From: Chitinophagaceae bacterium UBA1930
Lineage (GTDB): Bacteria; Bacteroidota; Bacteroidia; Chitinophagales; Chitinophagaceae
Reading direction: 5' to 3'
Length of the DNA: 64,000 nt
NCBI GenBank assembly: GCA_002337145.1
Contig: DDFK01000003.1
Span: 1-64,000 of the forward strand
Each line of letters opens with the position of its first letter. Position 1 is the first letter of the stretch. This document shows, one piece after another, positions 21,374 through 30,352 of the stretch. The position numbers and the translations under genes are program-made. The notes under the pieces are model-generated. The model saw only the letters and a program-made list of their open reading frames with translations, did not search any database and was not told where the DNA came from.

Positions 21374-23023
21374 ATGACTGAATATGAAAAAATAAGAGCG
21401 TTTGAATATGATGTTTTAGACCAGCATTATAAGAACTACTTATTTTATCAATATCCAGATGATATAGTAATCCCATATTTGTTGCAGACTTATGGAGATA
21501 CTGAAAGGCATAGAGACAATTTAGTTCGCACTGGCCATGATGAAACCAGCTTGTCTTTCTATTTGAACAATATGCTTCATGGTTTAGGCCATTGCATACG
21601 ATGGATGGTTAATAGTAATAGTTCAGAAATTAAAGAAGTCTCAAATCTCACATATAGGCAGATACATGAAATGGCTGCTGATTTTCTTGGCTGGGGAACG
21701 GGCTATCATATGATTGCGCAGGAATTTGTTACATGGTCACGCGGCATTAAGGAAGCGATGCTGGACGAGGATAAAAAAACTATTACATTTATTAATCCCA
21801 ATGGCTACGAGTACAGTAAAATCTACGGAAGCCAATTATTATATGCCAAAAGGATGGCAGCAATATTTAATAGCTATCCGCATGAAGAAATGGACAAAGA
21901 ATTCGGCGAATGGATTCGAGAAATAGATTTTACTAAGCCTCCAATAGTCAACCATATTAAATGGCAACGAGGAAGAAGTTCTGTATCATATCCTCTACTA
22001 TGTTTAAAGATGAGGGATTTACTATTCCCTGAATTGGCTGAAACAACAGACTTTCAAGGGTATAATCTCCAGCAGCTTCGTCAATTTTACGCCCTTGTTT
22101 TCCTAAATTTTCATTTCATTCGGTGGGTTGAAGCAGAATTAGATTCGCGTGCCGGGGATGATAATTTGTCTTTTGGTTCTAACCCTCTTGAACTGAACCA
22201 ACAACAGTTTGAAAAATTTATTTCAGATATTACAGGGCTTGCATTAGATGTGTCAAGAGCAATTATTGCCGATCTGACATTTGATCCTTCCAGTTTTCAT
22301 ACGAGCGTTAGCATTCAACCTTTTATTCGTTCGCTCTCTGGAAATTATCACATATTGCCCAACTTATTTGCACAGTTAGAACCTTCCAGAATGATTCTTG
22401 GTGCCTTAAATAAAGGGCCAAAGAAAAGGATATACGGTACTTTAATTAACACAATCGAAAAAGTAAACCTGAGCTTGCTATATGATTCAATTAGAGGTAT
22501 CGAAGGTAGTATTTGTTATCTCGAAAAGCAGATTAAACACAATGGGCAAACGATAACACCTGACCTAATACTGATAGATACTATAGAGAAGCTCTTATTG
22601 GTTGCCGATTACAAACATTTTATTGGCCCTATAACAGCTTCTGAAGTTGATTATAAGATGAGGGAACTTGAAAAAGCCATCAATCAGGTGACAAAATATA
22701 TTGAACATCTTTCCCTGTTCCCGAAGGTTGATTTACTAAATATTGAGGGGTTCTCCGTTGTTGGGCTGATCATTACACACAAACTTTTGCCTGTTCTCAT
22801 TCCAAAAAAGGAATCAATTCCAATTGTTGATATGGAATCATTTATGGAGGATACTAACTTCATAATCCAAAATAATCAGCATTTACATGCTTTAGCACAG
22901 AAAGTACAGACAGATTCTGCGAAAGCTTCCGAAGTTGAGTTTAATGATTTTGAATCAGAAATTAATGTTAGTGATTGGATAATTAAGCGAGCTCAACATA
23001 AACTCAATTTAAAAAGAAAGTGA
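21374..23023 (+). CDS. Hypothetical protein with a C-terminal PD-(D/E)xK-like nuclease motif
   Basis: No recognisable N-terminal domain. Near the C-terminus, PDLILIDTIEKLLLVADYK gives PD-x15-DYK spacing as in restriction-endonuclease-fold proteins. Co-oriented with hsdM, 6 bp downstream of it. Confidence 0.4.
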   Translation: MTEYEKIRAFEYDVLDQHYKNYLFYQYPDDIVIPYLLQTYGDTERHRDNLVRTGHDETSLSFYLNNMLHGLGHCIRWMVNSNSSEIKEVSNLTYRQIHEMAADFLGWGTGYHMIAQEFVTWSRGIKEAMLDEDKKTITFINPNGYEYSKIYGSQLLYAKRMAAIFNSYPHEEMDKEFGEWIREIDFTKPPIVNHIKWQRGRSSVSYPLLCLKMRDLLFPELAETTDFQGYNLQQLRQFYALVFLNFHFIRWVEAELDSRAGDDNLSFGSNPLELNQQQFEKFISDITGLALDVSRAIIADLTFDPSSFHTSVSIQPFIRSLSGNYHILPNLFAQLEPSRMILGALNKGPKKRIYGTLINTIEKVNLSLLYDSIRGIEGSICYLEKQIKHNGQTITPDLILIDTIEKLLLVADYKHFIGPITASEVDYKMRELEKAINQVTKYIEHLSLFPKVDLLNIEGFSVVGLIITHKLLPVLIPKKESIPIVDMESFMEDTNFIIQNNQHLHALAQKVQTDSAKASEVEFNDFESEINVSDWIIKRAQHKLNLKRK

Positions 23024-23090
23024 AGCTTTTAATAACGAGAAGGGATATAATGCGACCCTTTTTGCAGATGAAAATATAAAGAGCTACAAA

Positions 23091-26000
23091 ATGAATGGTC
23101 AATTAAATCGCTCCGAGGAGGTACGAAAGGCAAAAGAGGAATCTGAAAGGTCAGATTTGAAGCAACATGCCGATAAAATGCTTCGTGATTTTGAAAAGTT
23201 CAATGACTTTTCTTCAAACAGAGCAATCTGGGAACTGGTTCAGAACGCCTGTGATTTAACCGTACATTGTGAGGTTACCATAGACTATAGATACAATAAA
23301 TTCTTGTTCACTCATAATGGACGGGCATTTAATTCTAATTCGCTTATTTCCCTCGTTAAGCAAGTGTCAGGCGATAAGGACGAGAATAGTGAAATACCAC
23401 CAGTAGGTAAATATGGCACCGGTTTTCTAACTACTCATTCTCTGGGCAGAAAATTTATTATCAATTCAATTTTGCAATCTTCTTCAGGACATTTTATTGA
23501 AATAAACGATTTTCTCATAGATAGAAGTCCTAAAAAATGGGAAGAATTAAGTGAGCAGATCAGGTTACAGAAAGATCGAGTTTTTGAGATCATAGATAAA
23601 ACCGGAAAAATTATTGAGCATCCTGAGCAGCGGACAACTTTTACATACTTTCCGGAGACTGAACAAGAGATAAAGTACGTTGCTGAATCCTATCGCGACC
23701 TCGAAGAGTACGTTCCAATAGTCATAACTATAAATAGCAGGCTTAAGTCTGTTAAAGTAATTTCGCCTGATGGCGATGTGACTGATTTTACCATGTCCAG
23801 CAAACAAGAAATACCGAATGAAGCAGGCATTAAACTCTATAAAACGTCAATCAAGAAAAATGGTGAGGATAAGGTCATATACTCAATTGCAGAACCTGAC
23901 AATGAAATCGAAATTATCTTACCCATAGATAAGGATCTAACCCTATTCGATTTGCCCAAGCGGGTTGCAAGGTTGTTCCTTTACTATCCTTTGATTGGTA
24001 CGGAAGGCTTCGGCATTAATTTCATCATTAACTGTAATCAATTCCTGCCAACGGAACCAAGAGATGGAATACATCTTAACAGCAACAAGGATCAGGTTAA
24101 AGATCAGGAAGAGGCAAACAAGCTTTTGATAGACAAAGCCTCTGAACTTCTATTTAGATTCCTAAATAGCAATATCCTGGTGGTGAAAAACCCATTGCTG
24201 TACGCCAACATTAATTTCAAACGAACAACTGACAATGTTCTGCTGAATAAATATTTTGTTGACCTACAGGAAAAATGGGTAAGCCATTTTAAGAATCTTG
24301 AAATAGTTGAGACTAAAACAGGCCACAAGAAGGTTGCGGAGGTCACCTTTCTTGACCCAGAGTTATTGGGTAAAGAAGAATATTTCGATTGTATATACTA
24401 CTTATTTGATAAATTCTATACTGACATTCCTTCTCAGGGGACAATTAAGTACTGGAGCCTTTTTGTAAATAAATGGGAATATTCTGAAGCTACTTTCATA
24501 AGCAACGATGATATAACGAAACAAATACAAGAATGTTCCCTAACTGATTTTGATGACCGGCTGCTTAAAAAATACTACGGATATTTGTTAGGCGAAAGGC
24601 ATACCGATCTTTTCACGGAAAATAGATTGTTGCCAAACATAGACGGCGAATTTCAGTATCTGAACAACTTAAAGCAACCTCGTGATTTGGATAGCCAATT
24701 GGTAAATGTTGGCAAAACTCTTATTGCCGACGCAATATCTCAACTGGTCAACAAAGATTTCTCTTTTGATTTCAAATTTGATACTTATGGAAGAAAAGAC
24801 TTTACAAATAGTGTTAATGCAAAGTTGAGCAATGAATTTATCGACAATTGCATTTGCTTACCGGAGGTCTACAACACTGATGATTACATCACAGATGTGG
24901 AAGTCAATTCGGCCCTTTTGGATAGGAACTACTTTTTAGCGGTTCTGAACTTTTGTAAACTACAAAACAATATTAATTCACATAGCAAGCCCTCAAAGTT
25001 GATGGGGCTAATAAGCGACTATTACCATATTGATAATAGGCTTGTACATATTGAACCTGTAAGTAATAAGGAAGATGATATTGATATACGACAGGCTCAA
25101 AAAAATCTTGTAAGGGTATTCTTCAGTACGTTGGCCAAGCATACTCAAGTATGGATTAAAAACAATACAGCGTTACTACTTGAAATTGCACTTTATAATG
25201 AAGACCGATATAAAGATGTTTATTCAACATCAAAAATATATCCAAACCAGCTTTACAAGCTTTGCTATCTTGCAGAATTGAAGAAGGCGATCAACCTTGA
25301 TGATTATATAATCGACTTGTATAACAGGACATCTGGTAAAACCATTGAAGGGTCACTCGTTGAGACCAATTTCAATGAGTTCCTTGTTGAAAATGAAACG
25401 GTAATGAATAAAACTCTGTCAAGCGCAATTGAAGAAGTTTTCTTCGAGACAGACATCCGTGATATCAATGAACACCCTTTTAAAGAAGATATCCTGATTA
25501 TTATAGCAAAATTAAACACAGTTACTTACAAAGAGCTTTTCCCTCGCTTAGACGATAAAAAGGCAAACTTAATGTTGGATATTGTCACTAACGAAAATAC
25601 CAAAGATGATATTTTTGCAATCGTGACTTTGAAAGAAGAACAACTAAAGAAACTTGGAAAAATTGTTCAATCACCCAACTTTGAAGAAATACTCTCTAAA
25701 GCTGAAGATGCAATAAGATTAGAAAAGGAAAGAAGATCCGACTTTGAACACAAATATAAAATAGGAACCTACATTGAAGACAAAATACGCGAAAAGCTTG
25801 GAGTCGCTATTTCATCCAAGCTTCTGGTAGATAAGGATAAAGAGATAGGTGCGGAAGATGTTCAAGGGGGGCAGGATATTATAATATCCTATGATGAAAC
25901 TGCGCTATATTTTATAGAGGTAAAATCAAGATGGGATTCCAGGAATTCAGTTTCAATGAGTAAGTTACAATTGGAAAGGGCTTCCGAGAATGTTGACAGG

Positions 26001-26294
26001 TATTCTCTCGTGTCAGTGGATGTTACTAAGTATAAGGGTACAAATGACAGATATGAGCTTCCGTTAAATGAAATAATCCCCTTAATAAAAGTGGTTGATA
26101 AAATTGGGCAAAATGTCCATCCGCTGATTACTAACAATCTTGTTGCTGAACGTGACCTGTCTTCTGCTGTCAAACTGATTGATTATAGAGGTATTGTTAA
26201 CCAAGATTTCATTAATGCGGGTACTGATTTTGACACTTTCTTGGATACTTTAATAGAATATTTGAAACTTGCTGTATCTAATATGAAACCCTAA
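23091..26294 (+). CDS. GHKL (Hsp90/MORC-type HATPase) plus C-terminal DUF3883-like nuclease domain protein (NO VEIN-like)
   Basis: Bergerat-fold motifs WELVQNACD (motif I), THNGRAF (motif II) and GKYGTGF (motif III). A C-terminal DIIISYDETALYFIEVKSRWD segment fits D..E.K of DUF3883/PD-(D/E)xK. There is no Walker A motif and no helicase motif, so this is not HsdR. Confidence 0.55.
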   Translation: MNGQLNRSEEVRKAKEESERSDLKQHADKMLRDFEKFNDFSSNRAIWELVQNACDLTVHCEVTIDYRYNKFLFTHNGRAFNSNSLISLVKQVSGDKDENSEIPPVGKYGTGFLTTHSLGRKFIINSILQSSSGHFIEINDFLIDRSPKKWEELSEQIRLQKDRVFEIIDKTGKIIEHPEQRTTFTYFPETEQEIKYVAESYRDLEEYVPIVITINSRLKSVKVISPDGDVTDFTMSSKQEIPNEAGIKLYKTSIKKNGEDKVIYSIAEPDNEIEIILPIDKDLTLFDLPKRVARLFLYYPLIGTEGFGINFIINCNQFLPTEPRDGIHLNSNKDQVKDQEEANKLLIDKASELLFRFLNSNILVVKNPLLYANINFKRTTDNVLLNKYFVDLQEKWVSHFKNLEIVETKTGHKKVAEVTFLDPELLGKEEYFDCIYYLFDKFYTDIPSQGTIKYWSLFVNKWEYSEATFISNDDITKQIQECSLTDFDDRLLKKYYGYLLGERHTDLFTENRLLPNIDGEFQYLNNLKQPRDLDSQLVNVGKTLIADAISQLVNKDFSFDFKFDTYGRKDFTNSVNAKLSNEFIDNCICLPEVYNTDDYITDVEVNSALLDRNYFLAVLNFCKLQNNINSHSKPSKLMGLISDYYHIDNRLVHIEPVSNKEDDIDIRQAQKNLVRVFFSTLAKHTQVWIKNNTALLLEIALYNEDRYKDVYSTSKIYPNQLYKLCYLAELKKAINLDDYIIDLYNRTSGKTIEGSLVETNFNEFLVENETVMNKTLSSAIEEVFFETDIRDINEHPFKEDILIIIAKLNTVTYKELFPRLDDKKANLMLDIVTNENTKDDIFAIVTLKEEQLKKLGKIVQSPNFEEILSKAEDAIRLEKERRSDFEHKYKIGTYIEDKIREKLGVAISSKLLVDKDKEIGAEDVQGGQDIIISYDETALYFIEVKSRWDSRNSVSMSKLQLERASENVDRYSLVSVDVTKYKGTNDRYELPLNEIIPLIKVVDKIGQNVHPLITNNLVAERDLSSAVKLIDYRGIVNQDFINAGTDFDTFLDTLIEYLKLAVSNMKP

Positions 26295-26491
26295 CAATTT
26301 TCAGCATGTGAGTAAAGTTGAGGAAGAAAATTATAGTCTAATTAGGGCTGGTGAAAGAAAAATACATTCATTAGTCATGCTTTTTTCAAAATGTTATAAT
26401 TCAATCACTTAACCTATCTTAAGGCTATCCAAAAACGTTAAAAAGGGTATAAGGTGTTCGATTGAAGTCCCTTCCAGCCCGCCAAACAATT

Positions 26492-26577
26492 GGAGCGTTG
26501 ACCGAAACGGTAAGGTACTGGTATGCTAAACCAAGGTTGGGGTAACACCCAAGTAAGTTCGATTCTTACACGCTCCG
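26492..26577 (+). tRNA. tRNA-Ser (anticodon GCU), class II with a long variable arm
   Basis: Acceptor ggagcgt/acgctcc forms 7 perfect base pairs. U8 is present. 3-bp D-stem acc/ggt with a loop containing GG. Anticodon stem tggt/acca with loop atGCTaa (U33, A37). Variable stem gggt-aac-accc. T-arm gtaag-ttcgatt-cttac. Discriminator g. No encoded CCA. Confidence 0.65.
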
Positions 26578-26611
26578 CTTACACCCTCTCCTTTAAGAGG
26601 GGTTGGGGAGA

Positions 26612-26687
26612 GGTGCTTTGGCAGAGATGGTTCTACTTGCATTACTCTGAAGAAGTAATTATCTGAGTTCGATTCTCAGGGGCACCA
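26612..26687 (+). tRNA. tRNA-like sequence, possibly tRNA-Phe(GAA) or a pseudo-tRNA
   Basis: Acceptor ggtgctt/gggcacc has 5 Watson-Crick and 2 G-U pairs. Perfect anticodon stem ttact/agtaa with loop cuGAAga. Perfect T-arm ctgag-ttcgatt-ctcag. The D-loop is 12 nt (atypical). The 5' part overlaps a hairpin cctctcc...ggagagg. Total length 76 nt. Confidence 0.35.
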
Positions 26688-26909
26688 CATTATATAACAA
26701 CCAAAAAACACAGCTATGCGTGTACTTGTAATGAAATAGTTGATACCACAATTCAACTATACATATTAACCATTATTAAGAAAAAGCTGATGTAGCCAGC
26801 TGCATTGCTGCTATTGAGCACCGGTTGCGTCGCACCCATCAACACCTTATTGTTTATTGGGCAACACACAATCAACATCACTTTACACAATAGTACAAAC
26901 CAAAACAAC

Positions 26910-28076
26910 ATGATACCAATTATAATACTCATCGTACTTGCAAGGCTTATTGTTGCTGCATTTCCGGCAATGAGGCAAGCATTTCAATTACAATGGCAAA
27001 GAATAAAACAAGCATTGAAAAAAAGAAAAATGGTGGGTCTGTTCGACGAACACTTTATTGAAGCCAAAGCTTTTTATTTCAAGGAATTTAAAACCATTCC
27101 GTGTATTGCCTACATAGGTGGTGTAAACACAGGTGAAATTTTTAAGCTGATTCAAGAAGGCAAATACGGCAAGGTAGAAGCAACCTATCAACGCAACTAT
27201 TACAACTGGCAACAGGAACGGATAGAGTTTGCCAAAACCATCTTTAAACTGGAAAACAACATGATGGTAAAGCTGGGTGACGATTGGTTGGAAATATTGT
27301 TTAGCAACAAAGATTACGACAAGGCCAACAATATGCTGCACGAGTTCAAAACATTGAAAGCTCCGCAAAAGGAAGATGATTACGAGATCAACATCATATC
27401 CCGAAGCGGCGGCTCATTGGATCTTAAGACACTTGCAATAAAGCCCACACCATTGGATCTGGACCTTTATTACAATAATGATTTCAAGGCAGTAGATGCC
27501 ACCATTAAAGAAAGGTTACTGAAAGCAAACGACAAAGGCATTGTATTGCTGCACGGCCTGCCCGGTACCGGTAAAACAACCTACCTAAGACACTTGATCG
27601 GCAATATGAAAAAGCAGGTAATGTTTGTATCGCCCAGCGTAGCCGACAACTTGATGAACCCGGAGTTTATGGATCTATTGATAGATAACCCAAACTCCAT
27701 ACTGGTAATTGAAGATGCAGAGAACATTATCATGGACAGAAGGTTCAGCAGCCAAAGTAGCGTAAGCAACCTGCTGAACATAAGCGATGGTTTACTGAGC
27801 GACTGTTTGAACGTACAGATCATCTGCACATTTAACAGTGACCTGAACATGGTAGACAGTGCCCTGCTACGCAAAGGAAGGTTGATAGCCAAGTACGAGT
27901 TTGGCAAACTGCATGTAAGCAAAGCAAGGGCATTGAGCCAGCACTTAGGCTTGCAGCAAGAGATAAACAAACCCATGACTTTGGCAGAGATCACCAACCC
28001 GGGCGAAACCCATTACCAACCTAAACAGGTAAACGTAATTGGCTTTAGAAGAATGGAAGAATTGATTGAAAACTAA
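26910..28076 (+). CDS. AAA+ ATPase with an N-terminal transmembrane anchor
   Basis: Walker A LLHGLPGTGKTTYL, Walker B ILVIEDAEN, and a sensor/arginine finger in DSALLRKGRL. A hydrophobic N-terminus (MIPIIILIVLARLIVAAF) is present if the start is at 26910. The ORF extends to 26805, but that extension covers a repeated 17-mer and looks non-coding. Confidence 0.7.
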   Translation: MIPIIILIVLARLIVAAFPAMRQAFQLQWQRIKQALKKRKMVGLFDEHFIEAKAFYFKEFKTIPCIAYIGGVNTGEIFKLIQEGKYGKVEATYQRNYYNWQQERIEFAKTIFKLENNMMVKLGDDWLEILFSNKDYDKANNMLHEFKTLKAPQKEDDYEINIISRSGGSLDLKTLAIKPTPLDLDLYYNNDFKAVDATIKERLLKANDKGIVLLHGLPGTGKTTYLRHLIGNMKKQVMFVSPSVADNLMNPEFMDLLIDNPNSILVIEDAENIIMDRRFSSQSSVSNLLNISDGLLSDCLNVQIICTFNSDLNMVDSALLRKGRLIAKYEFGKLHVSKARALSQHLGLQQEINKPMTLAEITNPGETHYQPKQVNVIGFRRMEELIEN

Positions 28077-28097
28077 TGCCACGCACAGCTTGCTGTT

Positions 28098-28604
28098 GTG
28101 TGGCATACAAAACCAAACAACATGCAACAGCGGCAATGGCGGCGGTTAAATGGATCCATTATTAAAACATCTATTGAAGATGAAGTAAGATCCATGCTGA
28201 TAAAAGAAAGGGAACACGGTAACCATATCAAAGTATGCATTGGTACCGATAGCCAGGTTAAAAACAGGGAAACGGAATTTGCAACGGTAATTGTATTTGT
28301 ACGTAAAGGCAAAGGTGCTTTTATGTACATACACAACGAAACCACCCAACGCAAAATGCCCATCAAAGAGCGTATGCTGGACGAGGTTTCCCGGAGCATT
28401 GATGTAGCTTATAGCTTATGCAAGCTCTTCATTGCTTTTAATGTGGACATGGAAATACATGCAGACATCAACACCAATCCAAATTTCAAAAGCAACAGTG
28501 CTTTAAAAGATGCCATGGGCTACATCATGGGTATGGGTTTTGCCTTCAAGGCCAAGCCACATGCTTTTGCCAGCAGCCAATGTGCAGACAGGATGGTGCA
28601 TTGA
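28098..28604 (+). CDS. YkuK/DUF458-like RNase-H-fold protein
   Basis: Contains HIKVCIGTDSQVKNRETEFATVIVF, resembling the conserved acidic core (IGTDS) I recall for DUF458 RNase-H-like proteins. 168 aa; start uncertain. 21 bp downstream of the ATPase on the same strand. Confidence 0.45.
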   Translation: MWHTKPNNMQQRQWRRLNGSIIKTSIEDEVRSMLIKEREHGNHIKVCIGTDSQVKNRETEFATVIVFVRKGKGAFMYIHNETTQRKMPIKERMLDEVSRSIDVAYSLCKLFIAFNVDMEIHADINTNPNFKSNSALKDAMGYIMGMGFAFKAKPHAFASSQCADRMVH

Positions 28605-28831
28605 AATACCGGATGGTTCACACTCTTGGCATGAGCCACTCTTTTAAAATATGGTTGCTGTAAATAGCAACACAAAAGCTTGCCCAACGGCAAGAAGGGT
28701 TTATTACATAACAGCACAAACCAGATGCGAGTTTACAAAGCTCCGTAGTACAGACGTAATAACTATCTGTATGCTATTGAATGTTATGGATAGGTCCTCC
28801 ATCCGCCAATGTCTCAAAAACAATGGCCTTT

Positions 28832-28910
28832 AGTCACAGGTTCGAATCCTGTTCCATCTGTATAAGATGGATAGTTCAGCGGTAGAACACTACACTGTCA
28901 CTGTAGAAAA
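28832..28910 (+). ncRNA. Circularly permuted tRNA-Asp-like element
   Basis: The T-arm acagg-ttcgaat-cctgt plus the 3' acceptor strand tccatct-g are followed by a 4-nt linker (tata). Then come the 5' acceptor strand agatgga (7 of 7 pairs with tccatct), U8-A9, D-arm gttc-agcggta-gaac, and the anticodon arm ctaca-ctGTCac-tgtag (anticodon GUC, U33, A37). This is the 3' portion placed before the 5' portion. Confidence 0.35.
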
Positions 28911-29218
28911 GAAGGAGACCATCGCTCCTTTATCAAATGATGACCAGGTAACAAAAGCAGGTGCACTGAATCGGCAGCTTTTATACGTCTTAGCAGAGGA
29001 TAGTAAAAGCCGCAACAATTCAATCGGCACTTTGCAAGAAGCAAACAACAATGCAGCATGTATGGCTTTTACTGCAATCGTTTACTGAAGATACATCAGT
29101 AAGCAATTAAGGAACAACCCCTGCACTACGTATTGTATCCATCTTCTTCCGTAATGGTAGAATGATTCAATGCAACTGCTTTTACATTTTTAATGAACAA
29201 AAAACAAAACAAACTATT

Positions 29219-30316
29219 ATGAAAAACATAAACATTAACGCCTACCAAGTAGGTTTGGTTTTTAAGAAAGGTGTGTACCAACGCATGTTACAAGAAGGTA
29301 GCTATTGGTTGTGGAACGAACAGGTAATTGTATACGACAAATTCAAACCATTTGACCCATCAGTTGATTTGGGCGTCTTTTTGCAGGATGCCGAATTGGC
29401 CAATGCATTGCATGTGGTAGATGTTATGGACAATGAGATTGTGTTGATGTACGAGAACAACCTGTTGAAACAAGTATTGCAGGCTGGCCGTTATGCATTC
29501 TGGAAAACCTCTACAGACTTGCGTTTCGTAAAAGCCGACATCAGCAAAATTGATATTGACCAAAGCATTGCACCAAATACTTTGACCAACAAATTGGTAG
29601 TTGGTTATGTACGTACCTCTACAGTTGAAAGCTACGAGAAAGCATTGCTGTTTGTAGATGGTAAATACCAGCACATTTTGGATAGCGGTGTATATTACTG
29701 GTGGAAGAACAATACCATTGTTACAGTGGGTAAAGTGGATATGCGTCAGCAACAAATCGAGATCAATGGCCAGGAGATTTTGACCAAAGACAAAGCTGCT
29801 TTGCGTATCAATGCCTTTGCACAGTACAAAGTAGTTGATATTGAGAAAGCCTTGTTGCAAAACAAAGAGTACGACAAACAATTGTACGTTGCTTTCCAAC
29901 TGGCTTTGCGTGAGTACATTGGCAGCATGGGCTTTGACGAGCTGTTGGAAAAGAAAGATACCATTGCCGCTTTTGTACAGGAACGTGTAAACAGCAATGC
30001 CGCAGCATTGGGTATTGAAGTGGCCGGTTTCGGTATCCGTGACATCATATTGCCTGGCGATGTAAAAGACATCATGAACCAGGTATTGGTAGCGGAGAAG
30101 AAAGCACAAGCCAACACCATCATGCGTAGGGAAGAAACAGCGAGTACCCGTAGCCTGTTGAACACAGCCAAACTGATGGAAGAAAACGCCATGTTGTGGA
30201 AGCTGAAAGAAATGGAATACGTGGAAAAGATTGCCGACAAGATCAGCAACATCAGTGTTAACGGAAACGGTGACCTGGTGGGTCAGTTGAAGCAGATCTT
30301 TGTACCCCAGAAATAA
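29219..30316 (+). CDS. SPFH/band-7 (slipin-family) protein
   Basis: C-terminal half matches the SPFH/prohibitin core (ILTKDKAALRINAFAQYKVVDIEKAL ... GIEVAGFGIRDIILPGDVKDIMNQVLVAEKKAQAN). Start assigned to MKNININAYQ; the upstream ORF extension is probably non-coding. Confidence 0.8.
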   Translation: MKNININAYQVGLVFKKGVYQRMLQEGSYWLWNEQVIVYDKFKPFDPSVDLGVFLQDAELANALHVVDVMDNEIVLMYENNLLKQVLQAGRYAFWKTSTDLRFVKADISKIDIDQSIAPNTLTNKLVVGYVRTSTVESYEKALLFVDGKYQHILDSGVYYWWKNNTIVTVGKVDMRQQQIEINGQEILTKDKAALRINAFAQYKVVDIEKALLQNKEYDKQLYVAFQLALREYIGSMGFDELLEKKDTIAAFVQERVNSNAAALGIEVAGFGIRDIILPGDVKDIMNQVLVAEKKAQANTIMRREETASTRSLLNTAKLMEENAMLWKLKEMEYVEKIADKISNISVNGNGDLVGQLKQIFVPQK

Positions 30317-30317
30317 C

Positions 30318-30352
30318 ATGAGTGGTTCACTCTTTCAGAGTGAGCCACTCTT
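30318..30352 (+). terminator. Stem-loop after the SPFH gene (gagtggttcactc-tttcag-agtgagccactc)
   Basis: 13-bp near-perfect inverted repeat immediately after the stop codon. A related copy lies at 28611-28645, after the DUF458 gene. Confidence 0.4.

Noticed and set aside
23091-26294. The 1067-aa protein as the missing HsdR subunit
   Set aside because: It has no Walker A motif and no SF2 helicase motif (no DEAH). It has a GHKL Bergerat ATPase instead, so it is not a type I R subunit.
26805-26909. N-terminal 35-aa extension of the AAA ATPase ORF (MLLLSTGCVAPINTLLFIGQHTINITLHNSTNQNN)
   Set aside because: It covers the 17-mer repeat GCGTCGCACCCATCAAC and is not hydrophobic-helix-like. The Met at 26910 gives a clean transmembrane helix start.
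28867-29088. 73-aa ORF MDSSAVEHYTVTVEKK... and 60-aa ORF at 28651..28833
   Set aside because: Both overlap the tRNA-like structured region and have no ribosome-binding context. They are more likely non-coding.
29360-30319. 319-aa and 168-aa ORFs antisense to the SPFH gene, and the 322-aa ORF (31037..32005) antisense to rtcB
   Set aside because: These are frames with long stop-free runs opposite strongly supported genes. The translations are Cys/His/Gln-rich, low-complexity and without motifs. They are shadow ORFs.
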